This document shows, in pieces, positions 15,101 to 29,218 of a stretch of 64,000 nucleotides of DNA (position 1 is its first letter; each line of letters begins with the position of its first letter). A program made the position numbers and the translations under genes. The notes beneath the pieces are model-generated. The model was not told the origin of the DNA. It worked only from the letters and a program-made list of their open reading frames with translations, and made no database searches. The stretch covers positions 40,672,001-40,736,000 of the forward strand of contig CP068257.2 of the NCBI GenBank assembly GCA_009914755.4, given 5' to 3'. The DNA comes from the human T2T-CHM13v2.0 reference genome, Homo sapiens.

Positions 15101-17752
15101 CGTTGGAAACCGCTTCTTTCCTATGACTGAATCACATAAGTCAAATCCCGCTAGGGCAGAAACAGGTGCCTATCTGGAGGTCAAGTGGTCTTTGAATTCA
15201 CAACAAGGCTGCCTGTGAGTTTGTCAGCTCTCAGAAGCAGTTTGACTACATGCAGAGAAGGTGATTCTGGCCAAAGAAGTCCACCTTTAGGAAAATGCCA
15301 TTGTTTACTCCCTCTAGAATATCATTCTCCTAGAATCAGGGCTTCCGATGGAAAGGCTGTGTTTTTGCGGGAAAATCAGTGAACCTTTCTAAGCTACATT
15401 TTTCCTCATCTGTAAATAGTTACAGTACATCATGCCCAAGGCCATGCCAGCTCAAAGGTGGTGGGATTCCTTGGCGATGTCCCTGAAGCTCTTATTTCCC
15501 ACTTCGAAAGAACGAAAAGGGTCTGAATTTTATTTACACATGGATTTAGTTTGCTAATTCTTAGAGATTCCTTTTTTACTGCTAGATCTTTTTTAGTAAA
15601 CACAATTGAGATAGATATTAAAGTGTAATTTTAAGTGTGCTTGTTCTATACAAATATGGCATTGCCTTCCAGATTAAGTTTTTAACCAGAGTCAAACTTA
15701 GCCTTTATAAAAAGTCCTCATTTAATTTCAAAATAGATCTTCTTGTAAGACATTGCACATAGGGAAGACCTACCTAGGAATAGCCTGGTGAAATGCAGAA
15801 TTGGAAAAAGGCAAAAGTCCTTGCTCATGACTCAGAACTACATCGAGTGAAGTCAGTGTTGAAAACGCCCATTCCCTCCAGGTGAGCCTTCCCCATTGTG
15901 GATTAGTGTTGTGGCTTCATGGCCCTAATAGGGGTGTGTCTGCCAGGAACTGCACTGCATGGGGCCCACAGCCCTGCCCCAGAAGCAGCTTTGGTCTCGT
16001 TTGCTGAGACCGCTTGCTGTGCCTCATCAATTTCAGGAGGAAACAGTGAGATGCCTCTAGATTTTAAATCTGGTTTCGGAGAGCACCTAAGCCCTCTGAT
16101 GGAATGACTCTCGTAGGAACTTGATGGGGGTAATTCTAAGGGGGAAGAGCTTGGGAACCGTGAGGGCTGTTAGGCTGCAAGAAGGGAATGGATATGTGAG
16201 ACCATGTGGGTTTATTTTTTGAAGGGTGAACTGGAGTAGCTGAGGATTCTGCAGTTGACGCCCCAGGATGGCTTTGCTCAGCCCTCCCCCGTAGACTGGA
16301 GGAAAGCCTACCGCCAAGGGAGGAGAGGATGCATCTGTCCTAGGTGCAGCCGGCCTCCCTCTTCCAGGTTCAGCAAGGGTCCCTGGCTGGGCATTTTCCT
16401 CGTAACCTTTGGCAGCATTGGCTCAAATGCCATTGTTTAGATTCCCAGATATTTCCCCACTGCTTTTTGTGTTAAGGTAGTTTGGTAAAATGCCTTATTC
16501 CAATGGCCTAAGATAATATCAAGCAACTCACTGGTTTACTTTTCTAACCAGCTGTGGTTAAGACACACACGGCAATGTGCTATCTTTCACATGTTGGACG
16601 TTAAACCCAGACCAACTCCCCAAATCTAATTTGTTTCAGTAATTTCTGAATGCATTGACCAAGATATTCCTTTCATCTCTGGTTGAGTTTCTTCCATTAG
16701 AAGGAAGGATTAAACCTTGGATAAAAGATTTGCAGATGCCCCAGTGGTTAGTAGAGGTGAAAATGGAGGTTTCAGGGAAACTGCTGGGGCCTTTTGCCTT
16801 TGTCCTCATCCAAAGCATTTTGTGCCTCTCTTTCTTCTCCTCTGGCTGAATATCCACTGGAGATTGAATTCTCCGAAACTCCCTGTGTGGGTGAAGTGGG
16901 AAGCTGTGCCCAGGAAGGGGAGTAACTGTGCAAAGTTTTATGCAGTCAGTGCCAGAATTGGATTACATCACCTGGGGGAGGCGCCTTCAGGACCAGGAAA
17001 TGGTACATGGAGCTTTGAGGTGAAAACTCATCTTAGAAACCCACAAAAAGTCATTCCCCCAGCCTGACATCAGGGACAGACCACACCCATGGGGCAGAAA
17101 CCGGGCTTGGTTGTTGCAGTGGGAAGAGAAGGCACGACTCTGGTGCACCGAGCACCTTTCCTCGTGGCTGTTTCCAGGCACTGGGCTGGATGTCCTCAGA
17201 ACCCCCTGTCCCCTGCCCACTCCTCAAACCCTTACTGACCCACCCCTCTCGCCTGGTGCTGTCCCAGGCCCTGGGGGTGAGGGGGAGGGGACTCCAGCGT
17301 GGGCTTGCCCTCCAGTGTGGTGGGAGGGAACCACGTGGCCACTTGGCTTAGCCGTGCTCATGGTGCAGACGTGGAACGCGGAGGCAGGGAGAGGCTCCGT
17401 GACGTCCCCAGGGCCCCAGAACGAGGAAGGAGCGGAGTTGGGATTCCAGCCCAGTTGGACGCTGAAGTCCCTGTTTTGTTTACTGCCTCCTGTTCATGGC
17501 GTATGAATGTATCTGAGATGCTTTGTAAGGCATAAAGTGCAATACTAGCTTAGTGGCTGTTCGTTCAGTGATTCCTTCTGTTACCAAACAGGTGGCTGAG
17601 ATGAGAGGGCAACCCAAGCCTAACGCCCTTCAGTGGCCTTGCATCAGAGTACTCGTGACAGGTACCTCTCCGTGGAGAGGGGCTGTCCTCTGCCCTTGCC
17701 TGCTCCTCCTATTGCAACAGTCCTGTGGACTAGCTCAGGCTCTACAGGGGCT

Positions 17753-17950
17753 GGTGTGTGTGTGTGCGTGTATGGTGTATATGTGTCTACCTACACACAA
17801 GCACATGTGCACACATGCACACACATGCATGCAAGCACACGCACACACACACATGCACACACACTCACATGGACACACACACACACACATGCACACACAT
17901 ACATGCACACACATGCACATGGACACACATACATGCACACACATACATGC
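17753..17950. repeat. CA/TG-rich low-complexity region, (CACA)/(CATG) type
   Basis: gtgtgtgtgtgcgtgtatggtgtatatgtg...cacacatgcacacacatgcatgcaagcacacgcacacacacacatgcacacac... Confidence 0.8.
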
Positions 17951-20900
17951 AGGTGTGCAGACTTGGCTCCAGGCGTGTGTTTGATAGTATTATTCTATGA
18001 TATTTCCCTCATCTCCATAGAATACCAGCTTCTGAATCCTCAATCAGCCTTTACTGCAAGAAGAAAAGAAAAACCTCTCTCATTCCAGGTCTGTGGTGCA
18101 GATGGGAAGAGTATAGTCAAAACCCATTAAGGCCTTAGTCAAATGCCAGCCGAATTAGAACGCAATGAACGTTAGACAAAACAACCCAACTGGCCAGGCG
18201 GGGGAGGCGCAGAGCGTATAAATATAAAGTTAGATACTTATAAAGAATAAAGACTCTAATAAAATATTTTATATAAAACTTTTTACCTGTGTTCAGCGTC
18301 AGATGCTTCAAGTGATTGGCTTTGCATTCTCCTAAGTCGATGGATTCTTAGGCTGTGTCTAGAATGCGTTTGTTGTCCCTCTGGGAAGAGCACTGATTTG
18401 TCACTCATGTTCTGGTCCAAGACGTGGCTGTAGATGAGCCCTTTCTCGATGATGTTCATGTATTATGTTGAATTGTCTTAAAGTTTTGTGTTTTCTGTTC
18501 TCCCAGAATCCTCACCCATGTCCTCCTGCCTCGTGATGTTGGCCATGACCTCGAAATGTGCCTGGAGGAGGCTCGCGGCAGGGCTAGCAGGAGGGCACTG
18601 GGCCACACCTTCCCTTTGGTCCTCTCCACCCTTGCAGGGGCTCCCTCAACCGGGGCTCTGGGGCGGTAGCTCTGGCAGGGCGACGTCGCTTCTTCCTTAC
18701 TCTGCTTTGCTGGAAACCCATCTCCCAGGCTGAGCTCTGTAGAGGCAGCTGCTAGTGGGGAAGGCAGCCCCTCTAGAGGTTTTGGTCCCAAAGTTGAGGT
18801 GAGCAGGGCCTAGCAGTTGCTCAGTGTTATGTGCTGCATTAGCCCATGGTTCCCCGAGCTCCGGCCAGGCAGTGACCCTCAGAGTGAAGACTTTCCGGGA
18901 CACCAGTGGCTTAGAACTGGGCTTTCAAATCCAGCTTCCCTCCCACCTCTGGGACACAGAGCAGAGAGCCGGGCTGGGTGAGGTCACAGAATCGGCCCGC
19001 AGTGGCCCCTGCACTCCTCCTATGGCGGGCAGGCACAATCGAAGGCTGCCCCAGGCGTGCACACAAGCTCGCGATGCACAGTTTTCTTCCCCCCTCGGTA
19101 ACCCCAGCCTTTCTGGACGGCCCGGCCGCCCTGGGTCCCAGTAATGTTAAAGTCACGGTCCTTTCCAAGCCACTGTACTTGGGCTGTCCCGTCAGGGAGG
19201 TTCCTCCAAGATAATTGCCCCCTGCAAAGACAGGGGCTTCTGATGTCCACTTGTGGGGCTGACCTTTTTGGGGAACCTCCCTGGGACCAGAAGCAGGGAA
19301 GAAATAAGAGACCCTGCACCCCCATGGCACAGTCTAATTTTCACTTACAAGCTCAATTCAGGCTGTCCTTAAAATCCACGTGTCCTGGGCAGGAAGGAAA
19401 TGTGGGGACAGGCACACACGCACATCCTTCTGCTATGCTGACCTAAAGTTCCTAATAGCTATCCTACATCCTGCCCGTTTCTTTTTTCCATATTTGAGGA
19501 AACAGAAGGGTTTAGCCTTAGCCTAGTTTTTTATGTTATCTCTGAACAGGCCAACCTGGAATCACCCCTCACACAGACACGTGTGGCCTGCCCCAGTGTG
19601 CCTGAGGCCCACCCAGGAACCCTGCTTTGCCTGGGGTTTATGTGAATGACACACATGTGAGCAGAGGCTGGGGTTAGGACCCTGAGGCTTCCCTGTTCTC
19701 AGAAATACTCTCCTGGCATCAAAAGGAGAAAACGGTCCATGCCACTGGCTACCACATTCCAGCCTGGCAAGGGTTTACTGTTTATAGAGGCACCGTTTGG
19801 GGGCTTTTCCATGTAGAATGGCCGTTGTAAAGCTGAAGAGAAAGGAACAGAAGCACAAAAGCACCTTGATTCTTCGCAAACACAGGCAGGGGCTGCCGGC
19901 TGGACGAGGGCGCTGCATTTTGAGGGCGTGCTGGACCCGCTGGCAGAGCCCGCCCTGAGGGTTTTCTCTGCAGCTGTGGGCTAAGCTTGCCCAAGCCCCT
20001 CCCCTTTTCCAGAAAGCCACCCCCATGGCCACTTGCCTTTCAGGTCCAGGTTGAGGACACAGCCACGGGCATATATGTATTTGTTTCACTGGGGTTCATG
20101 GTTCTGGGGACAGTCTTCTAGCCCCCGAGATCTTGGGAAAGGCATGAGCTCAAGCCACATAACCAAAAAGTAGCAAAACTCAAAATTATTACTTTACTTT
20201 CAGCTGTTTTCTCTCAATAGCGCGCCACCATCGTCTGTGTGTCTGCACTGAACAAACATACGAGAGAATCTGGCTGATCACTTTGAGTGCCTTTGGCCTA
20301 AACTTTGCACATGACTTTAAACGTGGCCCTGATACTGCACACAGTAAGAAATGTTTTTTATTTTATGGTCCCTGAGGTTACGAGATCAGATCTCTGGAAA
20401 TGTGTAAGCCACCTGCTGTCACCTCTGACCCATGTGGTCCATTACCATGAGGGCCGGTGAGTGGGGCAGAGATGCTGAGGCCTGGCTGGTGAGCCCCCGA
20501 GCAGTGAGGCAGGACCCTCCCTGGTGACCTGTGTGGGGGCCAGTCCTCTAGTCCCCCAGACAAATCTCCCTTTAAGGAGGCTTCTGAAGCTCTGAGTGCC
20601 GGCGCTCAGAATTAATTTGACTCTTCACTGCTCACTGCACCTGCCTATAAGCCTCTAGAAAACAGCTTGCCCAATGAGAGTGCTGCAGCTGAGGCAGCAG
20701 CAGACATGTCCATTTCTGGGGAAGTTACTCAAACAATCGTGCCTCTTAGGGGGCCCTAATGTGCCCCTTCTGGCAGGTTGAAATGCATCTGGCCTTGAAG
20801 GGGAAGGTTAGGAAATTATGAAGTACGTGGGTTTAGGGTTGACAACCCCATATCCATGGACTCCTGGAGATCCCTGAACGCCGTCTAATCTGAATGGTAC

Positions 20901-22838
20901 CACAATTTGGTTTGTCTGAAAATATAGTAGTAACCACGGCAGTGATTTCATTTTTACACGTTTGCATTTTTACATGTCTGTCATTATGCATCTTGGGGTC
21001 TCTTTTCCATGACCTACCAGCTTCCCAAGCTTAATAATCAGTATCTCACTATTATGTCATTGGCCAACTGAAAACAGTAGCAAAACATCCTATCATCCAA
21101 ATTGCTAATAAAATAGAACACCACACCCACACGCTGGCTTCCCATTTTTATAGTCTTATCCTCCCACCTGGAGGGTGTGAATGGGGATCAGTTTTTCAAT
21201 AGAACATGTATGTTTGGTAAGTTAATATGTGTAGCTGACCCCTTTGCCTTTGTTTTTATATATTTATGTTTTTCTATTGTAGACATATTGATGCAATACC
21301 TGTTCATAGTTGAATCTGTTACAAATTGTTACCTTTTATTTGATGAAGAACTATTTAAAGATTTTCCTTTTTTATTTCTTCTAAAGCAAAAGTCAATGCA
21401 AGTAACTCTAATCAGCGTGCAAAGGCGTGCATATATATCTGCTATGTAATTATATAATGTTTTTATAATGCTGTGTGGATAACTTTTCACTGATTTAGTT
21501 ACTTGACTGTAGGAAACACTGTTGCTTTGCACGCTGTGAGAGGTTTGCACTGTTACAGATGAAGGCAACATATTTACATATGTACATGTATATACATATA
21601 TATATATTCAAAAATAACATCGGCTCTTTGGGGTGTCTGTTTCCTTGGTTGTCTCACGCCACTGGAACATTGAACCCAGACAGACCCTAGGATGTGAGGT
21701 TCCTGACTGCACCTTACAGACCACAGAGCCACGTGTCTATTTCTGTAGACCTATCTCCTTAGATTTGTACATGCATTTTTTGCGGACTTGAACTTTGTTT
21801 TCTGAAATTAGATGCCATTTATGATGATGTGATGTCAATCAAATAAAGCATCATTATTTTCAGATTTCTGCTTCTCTTTCCTTTTGCTTTCAACAGCCCC
21901 AGCTCTCAGACCTGCTGGGGGAGTCGCGTCTGGTAGAGCATCTAGTATTTTCTCCCTACCTGCCCTTGCTCTCAATGGAGCACTTCTCTCTTCAGTGTCA
22001 GGATGGATTCCAGTGAGGAAGACAAATAAGAGTGATGGTAAGGAAGCCTGTAGCTCCAGACTCCATGGAGCACCATGTGGTGGCACAGTACCCTACCTTT
22101 CCATGCGCAATCTCATCAAACCGTCGTCATCAGAGCTGGAGAGCCGCAACTGGCCCCATTTTTCAGGTTAAAAACACCGAGGCTCAGGGATATTACACAA
22201 CTTGCCAAAGCCACAGAGCTGGTCGGTGGTGCACGCAGAAGTGAGACCCTGGCCATCCAGGCAGGGCTCCTGGCCACTCCATGGCTCTCCCTTCCTCCGG
22301 GAGAGGCATTTAGGATTTGAGACCACACAGGAGGAGAATCCACGTTGTGCAGGAAGTGGTGTGGCAGGTCTGACCCTCATGACCAGTGGAAACTTCTCCT
22401 CCCAGACACTTGGCTGAGGGGTGAGATGATGTGCCAACATCTCCAGGGATCGGCCTGGAGGTCCTTGTGCTGTCAAGACCCCTTGTGAGTCAGCACTGGG
22501 GCCTGGGTCCAGATGTCATCTGGGATCATCACCTGGGACATGGCCCTACTGGGCCCTACTTGTAGGCGAGGAGGAAGGTGTGCATGTGTGGGTAGGAACG
22601 AGACAGTGCAAAAAGCCGCTGCCTGGTGACCTGGCATGCAGACTCGGCCCTCCCACTTGCACGGTGATCCACTGAAGACAACAGCTGCCTCTGTACTCAC
22701 GCTCCCCCACACTCCCCTCCTTCCTGCCCTGGTTTCTCCATCCCTAGATGCCATCCCATGCCCCAAACCATCCGCCAAGCACAATAACCTCGCCCCCACC
22801 CACCCCATGAGGTCACTCGAGTTGACAACCAGATAACA

Positions 22839-22876
22839 GTTTTTGTTTTGTTTTGTTTTGTTTTGTTTTGTTTTGT
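22839..22876. repeat. (TTTTG)n microsatellite, the tail of the adjacent minus-strand Alu
   Basis: ttttgttttgttttgttttgttttgttttgtttg. Confidence 0.85.
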
Positions 22877-23160
<284 letters not shown>

Positions 23161-23269
23161 AATAGCAATTTGATGACCCATCCCCTCCACTGCTGGGAAA
23201 AGGCTGGGCACCGCCCACACTCCATGCAGCTCTCTTTCCCTGGCTCGGAATCGCTGCAGGCGCCACAGA

Positions 23270-23740
23270 CCAGACGCGCACTGTTCCCCACTCCTGCTTA
23301 TCGGCCGCGCGGCATCCCCTTGTCGCAGCACTCCAGCATCCATGCAGCCGCGCGGCACCCCGTCTTCGGAGCACTCCAGAATCCATGCAGAGCGCAGCAC
23401 CCCACATCCAGAGCGCTCCAGAATCCATGAAGCACGCGGCACCCCCTCGTCAGAGTGCTCCAGAATCCATGAAGTGCGCAGCACCCCTTAATCGGAGCGC
23501 TCTAGAACCCGTGCAGCGAGCAGCACCCCACACCCGGAGCGCTCCAGAATCCATGAAGCCAGCAGCACCCCACACCCGGAGTGCTCCAGAATCCACGCAG
23601 CACGTGGCATCTCCTCGTCATAGCGTTCTAGAATCCATGCAGCGAGCAGTACCCCACACCGGGAGCGCTCCAGAATCCACGCAGCGTCTGGCACATCTTT
23701 ATCAGAGCGCTCCAGAGTCCATGCAGCCACAGTCCTCCAA
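23270..23740. repeat. CpG-rich minisatellite with a unit of about 42 bp, roughly 11 copies (unit gcagcaccccacacccggagcgctccagaatccatgaagcca)
   Basis: The anchor ccagaatccatg recurs about every 42 bp. Every unit carries ccgg, gcgc and acgc CpGs. Both strands have spurious ORFs with periodic peptides. Confidence 0.85.
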
Positions 23741-26700
23741 CGGACCCTGAGATTGTTTCTGCAAAAGGCCATGCCTTCATAAATCTGAAAATTTGGAAAA
23801 CATCCTTCTACTTATATCCTTACAACCCACCATTCAAGCTGTAGAAGCCTTTCTGGAACTCCAAGCAGAAGGATATCCAAAATGTAAAAACGGTGGGGCC
23901 TGCAATCCCACGGAGCACCCCCCACTCTCACGGTGCCCAGGTCGTCCCACTCAGCACGGACATTCTGCCTCCAGCCCTGGGGCCTCCGGGTTATACCCAA
24001 AAGAGGTGACTCTTGGGGACGTAAGGTGCGTGGGGTGCCATGAACCCTCCCAAGGCTGCAGCCTCTTGGGCAAGGAGTCCACAGTGCTGTTGCCAGCCAA
24101 ATTGGCTGCACCCCTGCACGAGGGGGCTGATCTTCCCCACACCACCACTGTGGCTGGCATCGCAGTAGGTACCACTTGTTAACAACCTCGTTCTACAGAG
24201 AGATGGTGAAGCCAGACGCAGGTAAACCTGTGGCAGGGCACTCTTCCTGAAGAACCAACAGATCCCCTCAGGCCCGCCCCGCTGTTTTATTTCCCTTCTC
24301 TGCCCTTTCCCCGGTGCAAGCAGCTGTTGGTCTGTGCTTCCTGCTGCTCTGCTCTGCAGATACTAACGAAGCCACAACCAGGGGGCCGGGTGGTCACAGC
24401 AGGGACCACAGCTGGGCAACCTATAATCTCTGTGACGCTGGGAGCTCTGGGACCTCATTTTTCCTAATGTCCCCATCTGTAAATAGCCAGGTTGCCATGT
24501 TGAGAGCAGGTGTCAGAGGGAAATGGGATCTCGCCACACTGCAGGACTGAGACAATTCCTCTGGTTGGTGAGGGCTGGGCCTAGGATGGGAGGCTCAGAG
24601 CAGTGAATGAATGGATGTGGTGTTGGATGCTTCCTCCAGGAGGCCTGCCCGCCTGCCCCTGTGGAGGACAGAGGCCAGGGAGACAGGTCAGTGGGATGGG
24701 GGAGCAGAGGGAGTCGGTTGCACCCCACAAAACCCAAGAGGGAAAGGCTGCAGTGTTCAGGCCAACAGGGACAAAGACAGCTGCACAGCGAGAAGCAGCA
24801 AATGATTCCTGTGCCTGAGTGTGGTCTTGGAATGGCAGAGAGAACCCTTGAGCCTGGGAGCCACCTGGAAGGGAACAAGGCCGTCTGGCAGCCACCTGGC
24901 AGGACCCATGGCATTGAAGATCAGATGTGCCAGCCACACCTTGGTGCTCGGTATGCCCTTGGAAATAAACTCTCAGTTCTCAGGGCAAAAAGGCTTTGTC
25001 TAAATGGGCAAATCAACAGAGGTATCAGCACATGTACAGATGTGTGCTTAATCAAGATATTATTCCCATGCCATAGAATTCACTTTTTTAAAGTGTTCGT
25101 CTCAGGGGGTTTTAGTATTGTTTTAGTAAAGTGTACGATTTGGTGGTTTTTAGTATCTAATATTGCACAGAATTGTGCAGCCAGTATCATATGCCACTCC
25201 AGAACATTTCCATCACCCCAAAAGGAAACCCCTTCCCCATGAACAGCCACTCCCCATCCCTCCCCCTACCCAGCAACCACTGAAACACTGTCTGTCTCTG
25301 TGGGTTTCCCTATTCTGCACATTTCATATAAATGGAATCACACAACACATGGCTTTTTGTGATCGGCTTCTTTCACTTAGCATAAAACACACTTCAGTTT
25401 TGAAAACAAAATAAAACCTAAGGAAGAAAGGGAGCATGAACTCTAAATGCAGTAGAAAACTATGGCCGACCAAGGGGATGCGGCTCTGACCTCACAGGGG
25501 AATGAGCTTTCTCAGCCTGCACCTTGCTTCTGCAGCTGTCGGCAACCCTCTGATACAGCCATTATAATTGTCCCATTTTGCTGATAGGAACTTTGAAGCC
25601 CCAGGGCTCTCTAACTCTTTCCAATACATGACAGTGCCTCTCGAGCCCCCAAGAAGGAGGACTGAGGGGAGAATTTCCAGCCTCCACAGCTGTGTCACAG
25701 CCCAGGGCCCTGCAGGGCCTCAGAGCAAAAACCTAGTGAGCAGGGAGGCTTCTTGGCCACTGGAGATGCACCTACCACTCAGCTGTCCCTCAGAGACGAC
25801 CTGCTGCAGGGACCCAGGTCACCGACAGCCCCGCATCCAGCATGACATCCACGCCAGGCCCACTTCCCTGAGGCTGCTCCCAACCAGGGCATTCCCACCA
25901 GACACAGGGTCCCTCGAGGGGCACTCTGCTTTGGGGACTCCCCATCAGCCTGCGGGAGGCTCTTCCTCCCCAGTCCTTCCCCCACTCATTTCGGAGGCAA
26001 GAACTCCCCAGTACGTCTGCTACTTATGGAAGCCCACATGGGTGTCTCAGCTTGAAGCCAAAATTCTCGCCATTGGAAATTATGAATCCTTGGAATACAG
26101 TGATGAATACAAGTGAATATCCAATGTATTATGGAACAATGTAGAGCTTTCTAGCAGACTCCAGAGGAACTGTGGAAAATGAGAAGTGCCACAGCCGCAC
26201 CCTTCACCACCAACTCAAGAGGAGGGGGAAGGCATGGGCATGGCACGGAAAACCATCATGGGGTGTAACGGCTGCAGCGTGGGGAGAAGCCTAGCGTTTC
26301 TCTCCCCTTTCCAACAGCAGCACACGCCAGCAGCGAGGGAGCCCAGCCATGTTCTGGCTTCTTCTGGCAATCAAAGTGTTCATTCTGGAAGGCTCTGGAA
26401 ACATGGACCATTTCCAAGTTAGTGATGAAGGTATTTGACATAAAAATGGTTCCTGGGTCCTATGGGTCACAATTCATTATTTGAATTCGCCGTGAGCCGC
26501 TGATGGATGTCGGTTTCAGATGTGCCCAGACCAGGAGGTGGGAAGGCCCAGCAGGTGGCGTTGAGGCCACCTGGGCTCTGGACAGCTGTTGTCAACTGAT
26601 GCCCAGTGCTGGAAATTAAATATGCACGAGGCCTTATGAAAATATAAGAAATAAAAGGAGAGTAATGTTCAGTACATTCCTATTCAGTGCACCATGCTCC

Positions 26701-28549
26701 CCATGTCCACACCAGAGGACGGGATGAAGGAGTCCGGGGCTTGAATCCCCCTGGATGGGCCACCCGAGGAACACAGGCAGCCCTGGCACTGACATGCTTG
26801 AAATGAACGACTCAGCTAACGCTGCAAACCAAACAAATGCAGTGTCTTCTTGATTTACATGACATACCCTCCTGGAGAATTCAGGTATGTTCAAGCCATT
26901 TGAAACAACAAACAACAACCAAAACAACTGTGTTAAAATGTAACACAGAAGTAGTCTCTGGGTTTCGATCGCCGTGAATAGGTTTGCAGCCACCATGTGT
27001 GTCCAACAGGACGCCAGGACGTCTATCGGGTGGAGGCAGTGGTCTGTTCAGGACACCTGGGGACACCACAGGGTCCTGCCATGTCTGGCCTGTGTCCACT
27101 CAATGCCCCCTTTCATACGATTCATAAACGTGCCCACAGATTCCCGAACATCCCCGTGGCAGCAGCCTCCACTGGGAACCCTCGGCTTAGATCATGTGTC
27201 CTGGGTCCCAGATCCTCCTCACCAACAGGAAGCCCAGGGTCATTCTGGGGCTGCGTATCTTAATTTGTATCTAGAAGGGGCAGGGCACAGCTGTGATTGG
27301 TGGCGAGCCGCAGTGACTCCAGCAGTCAGTAGAGGGCGCTGTTCGGTCGCTTTGTGGTTTGGACCAGGTTTCCGTTCTGCCGTCGGGCTGGGGGGTGGGT
27401 GGGCTGCTTTTGGGTCCTGCTCCCCCATTGGTGTCTGTGATCTCTTATGAGAATGTCACAGCCCCCAGGTGGGTGCTGTCAGGGGCGTTGCGCTCTTTCT
27501 CATAGCATAAACCCTACCCGGGGTTCTGAGAGCCCCCCGACCATGCCTGGGGCTCGCGAGGAAGGCAGGGAGCTTCCAAGGTCCCCATAGCAACCGAAGT
27601 CGAAGCGAGGGAGAGGCAGAGACGGTCGGAGGCAGGACACGGGAGACAGAGAAAGACGGGGGTCCAGTCCAGCTCATTCCAGGACCCCAGCCCTCCTCAG
27701 CCCCTTTCCTTTCCTCACTGGGGTCTGCCCTGCACAGCTGGATTATGGGGAGTCTCTGTCCTGCCGGTTGTTGCCAGCAGATCTCTCCATCTGATGCTAT
27801 TTCATTTGATGGAAGCAACCTCGATCCAGCCCACACGGGCAGCAGGAGTCAATGGTGAAGCTTCTAGAATGTGCACGAAGCATTGTCCTGTCTGAGGAAG
27901 GCACAGGCTCAGGCTGGAGACAGGGAGCAGCTCTGTGGTGGGTGAAGGAGGAGTCCCACCTGGCTCAAGTTCTGGGGGAGCCCTCCCTCTCAGGGCACAG
28001 TGGGAAGTCTGGGCCGGGGGGACCACAGTGCAGGAGGTGTCTGCAGTGACTGCAGAAGGCAATGCCAGGAACGGCGGGGTGGGGCAAGTCAAGAAATTCT
28101 TTGGAAATGTAGGTGGGCGGTGCCCATGAATGAGGCAAGGAGGCAGCAGAGCCCTGTCCCGGGGGACAGGGCACCAGGTGGGGTAGGAGGAAAACGGAGC
28201 TGGTCATCCAGCTGGTGGCAGGGTGGCCTGAGGCTGAGGCCAGGGCCTGGGGCCAACCTTTCCATCCCTCCAGCCCTCAAAGGCTGGGCATGGTCTGTGA
28301 GGGAGAGGGATGCAGAGCCCCGCCTCGGAGGATGTCCCGGCCAGAGCAGCTCTCAGTAGCAGAGCTCCGGAGCAGGGAGGCCACACTTGGCGTGTGCTCT
28401 GAGGCCCGGGATAGCCCTGGAAGTTTCCCTCCCAGGGCTGGCAGCTGATGCTTCGGGGCATTGGATGGGACACCCAGGGCTTGAGATTTAGAGACCAGGA
28501 CATCCTGACAGTGTCCCCTCTCAGTAGGGGCTTTTGGACAAGCTACTTC

Positions 28550-28625
28550 AAGAAAGTCTCTTTCCATATCTGTAAGACAAGGGCAATACTACCTCCCTTC
28601 TAGGGATGTTATGAGCTCTAGGGAC
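28550..28625 (+). mobile_element. MIR SINE fragment
   Basis: tccatatctgtaagacaagggcaatactacctcccttctagggatgttatgagctc resembles MIR ...catctgtaaaatgggga..tacctacctcatagggttgttgtgagg. Confidence 0.45.
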
Positions 28626-28789
28626 CAGGCCCCGAGTGCAAGCTCAAAAACAAAAGCTGCTATTTTAAAGGAGCAGTTGTCTCTTTTCAAAAGGGAACAG
28701 ATAGCTCAGAGCAAGAACCCCACCGCTGTGACCGCACTGCAGTGGAATTGTGGATCCGGCCCTAAGAGAGCCCCAGCAGTGGGAGCAGC

Positions 28790-28870
28790 ACAGGAGGCCC
28801 AGGCAGGCAGCGCTCACAGGAGGCCCAGCCAGGCAGCGCTCACAGGAGGCCCAGCCAGGCAGCGCTCACT
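28790..28870. repeat. 30-bp tandem repeat, about 2.7 copies
   Basis: aggaggcccag(g/c)caggcagcgctcac repeated. Confidence 0.8.
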
Positions 28871-29212
28871 GGCCTTCGTACATCTAAAACCGTCTTGGTG
28901 GGAGCGGAGAGCTGCCGTGTCCCAAGACAGTGCGATGGGGAGAGAACCACACTCAGGTCCAGAAGTGGATAAGGCTTCATGAGGACGTGAGATGGAATCC
29001 CCACTGCCACCAGCTCATTCATTTCCTATAGCTGCATCCATTTTTTTAAAAAAAGAGAAAAGAAGGCCACCCAATGTGTCACAGATGTTTAAACTTAATT
29101 AGCAAACAAATACAAAAAAGTGCCTGTTTGTTCATAATGTTTACTGTACAAAGAAACAAAACCCAGGAATAGTACAAGTATTGAACAGTAGCGAGAGTGG
29201 TTGTGAAATAAA

Positions 29213-29218
29213 GGACCA
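29213..29218 (-). terminator. TFF3: Distal AATAAA polyA signal candidate for TFF3
   Basis: Plus-strand gttttattgg, giving ccAATAAAac on the minus strand, about 490 nt 3' of the stop. This fits a gene span of about 3.7 kb. Confidence 0.4.

Noticed and set aside
17553-18130. 143-aa and 165-aa ORFs rich in His/Thr/Cys/Met
   Set aside because: They are driven by the CA/TG and CATG low-complexity tract at 17753-17950.
18170-18260. AT-rich cluster with two AATAAA hexamers (gtataaatataaag...aataaagactctaataaaatatt), considered as the ABCG1 polyA site
   Set aside because: It is about 4.4 kb downstream of the stop codon. That would imply an mRNA far longer than expected, and no exon continuity argues for it. 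It is more likely an incidental AT-rich patch.
25568-26116. 182-aa plus-strand ORF in the ABCG1–TFF3 intergenic region
   Set aside because: No splice-site, promoter or domain support. Its composition is unremarkable and there is no periodicity or conservation cue. I treat it as a chance ORF.
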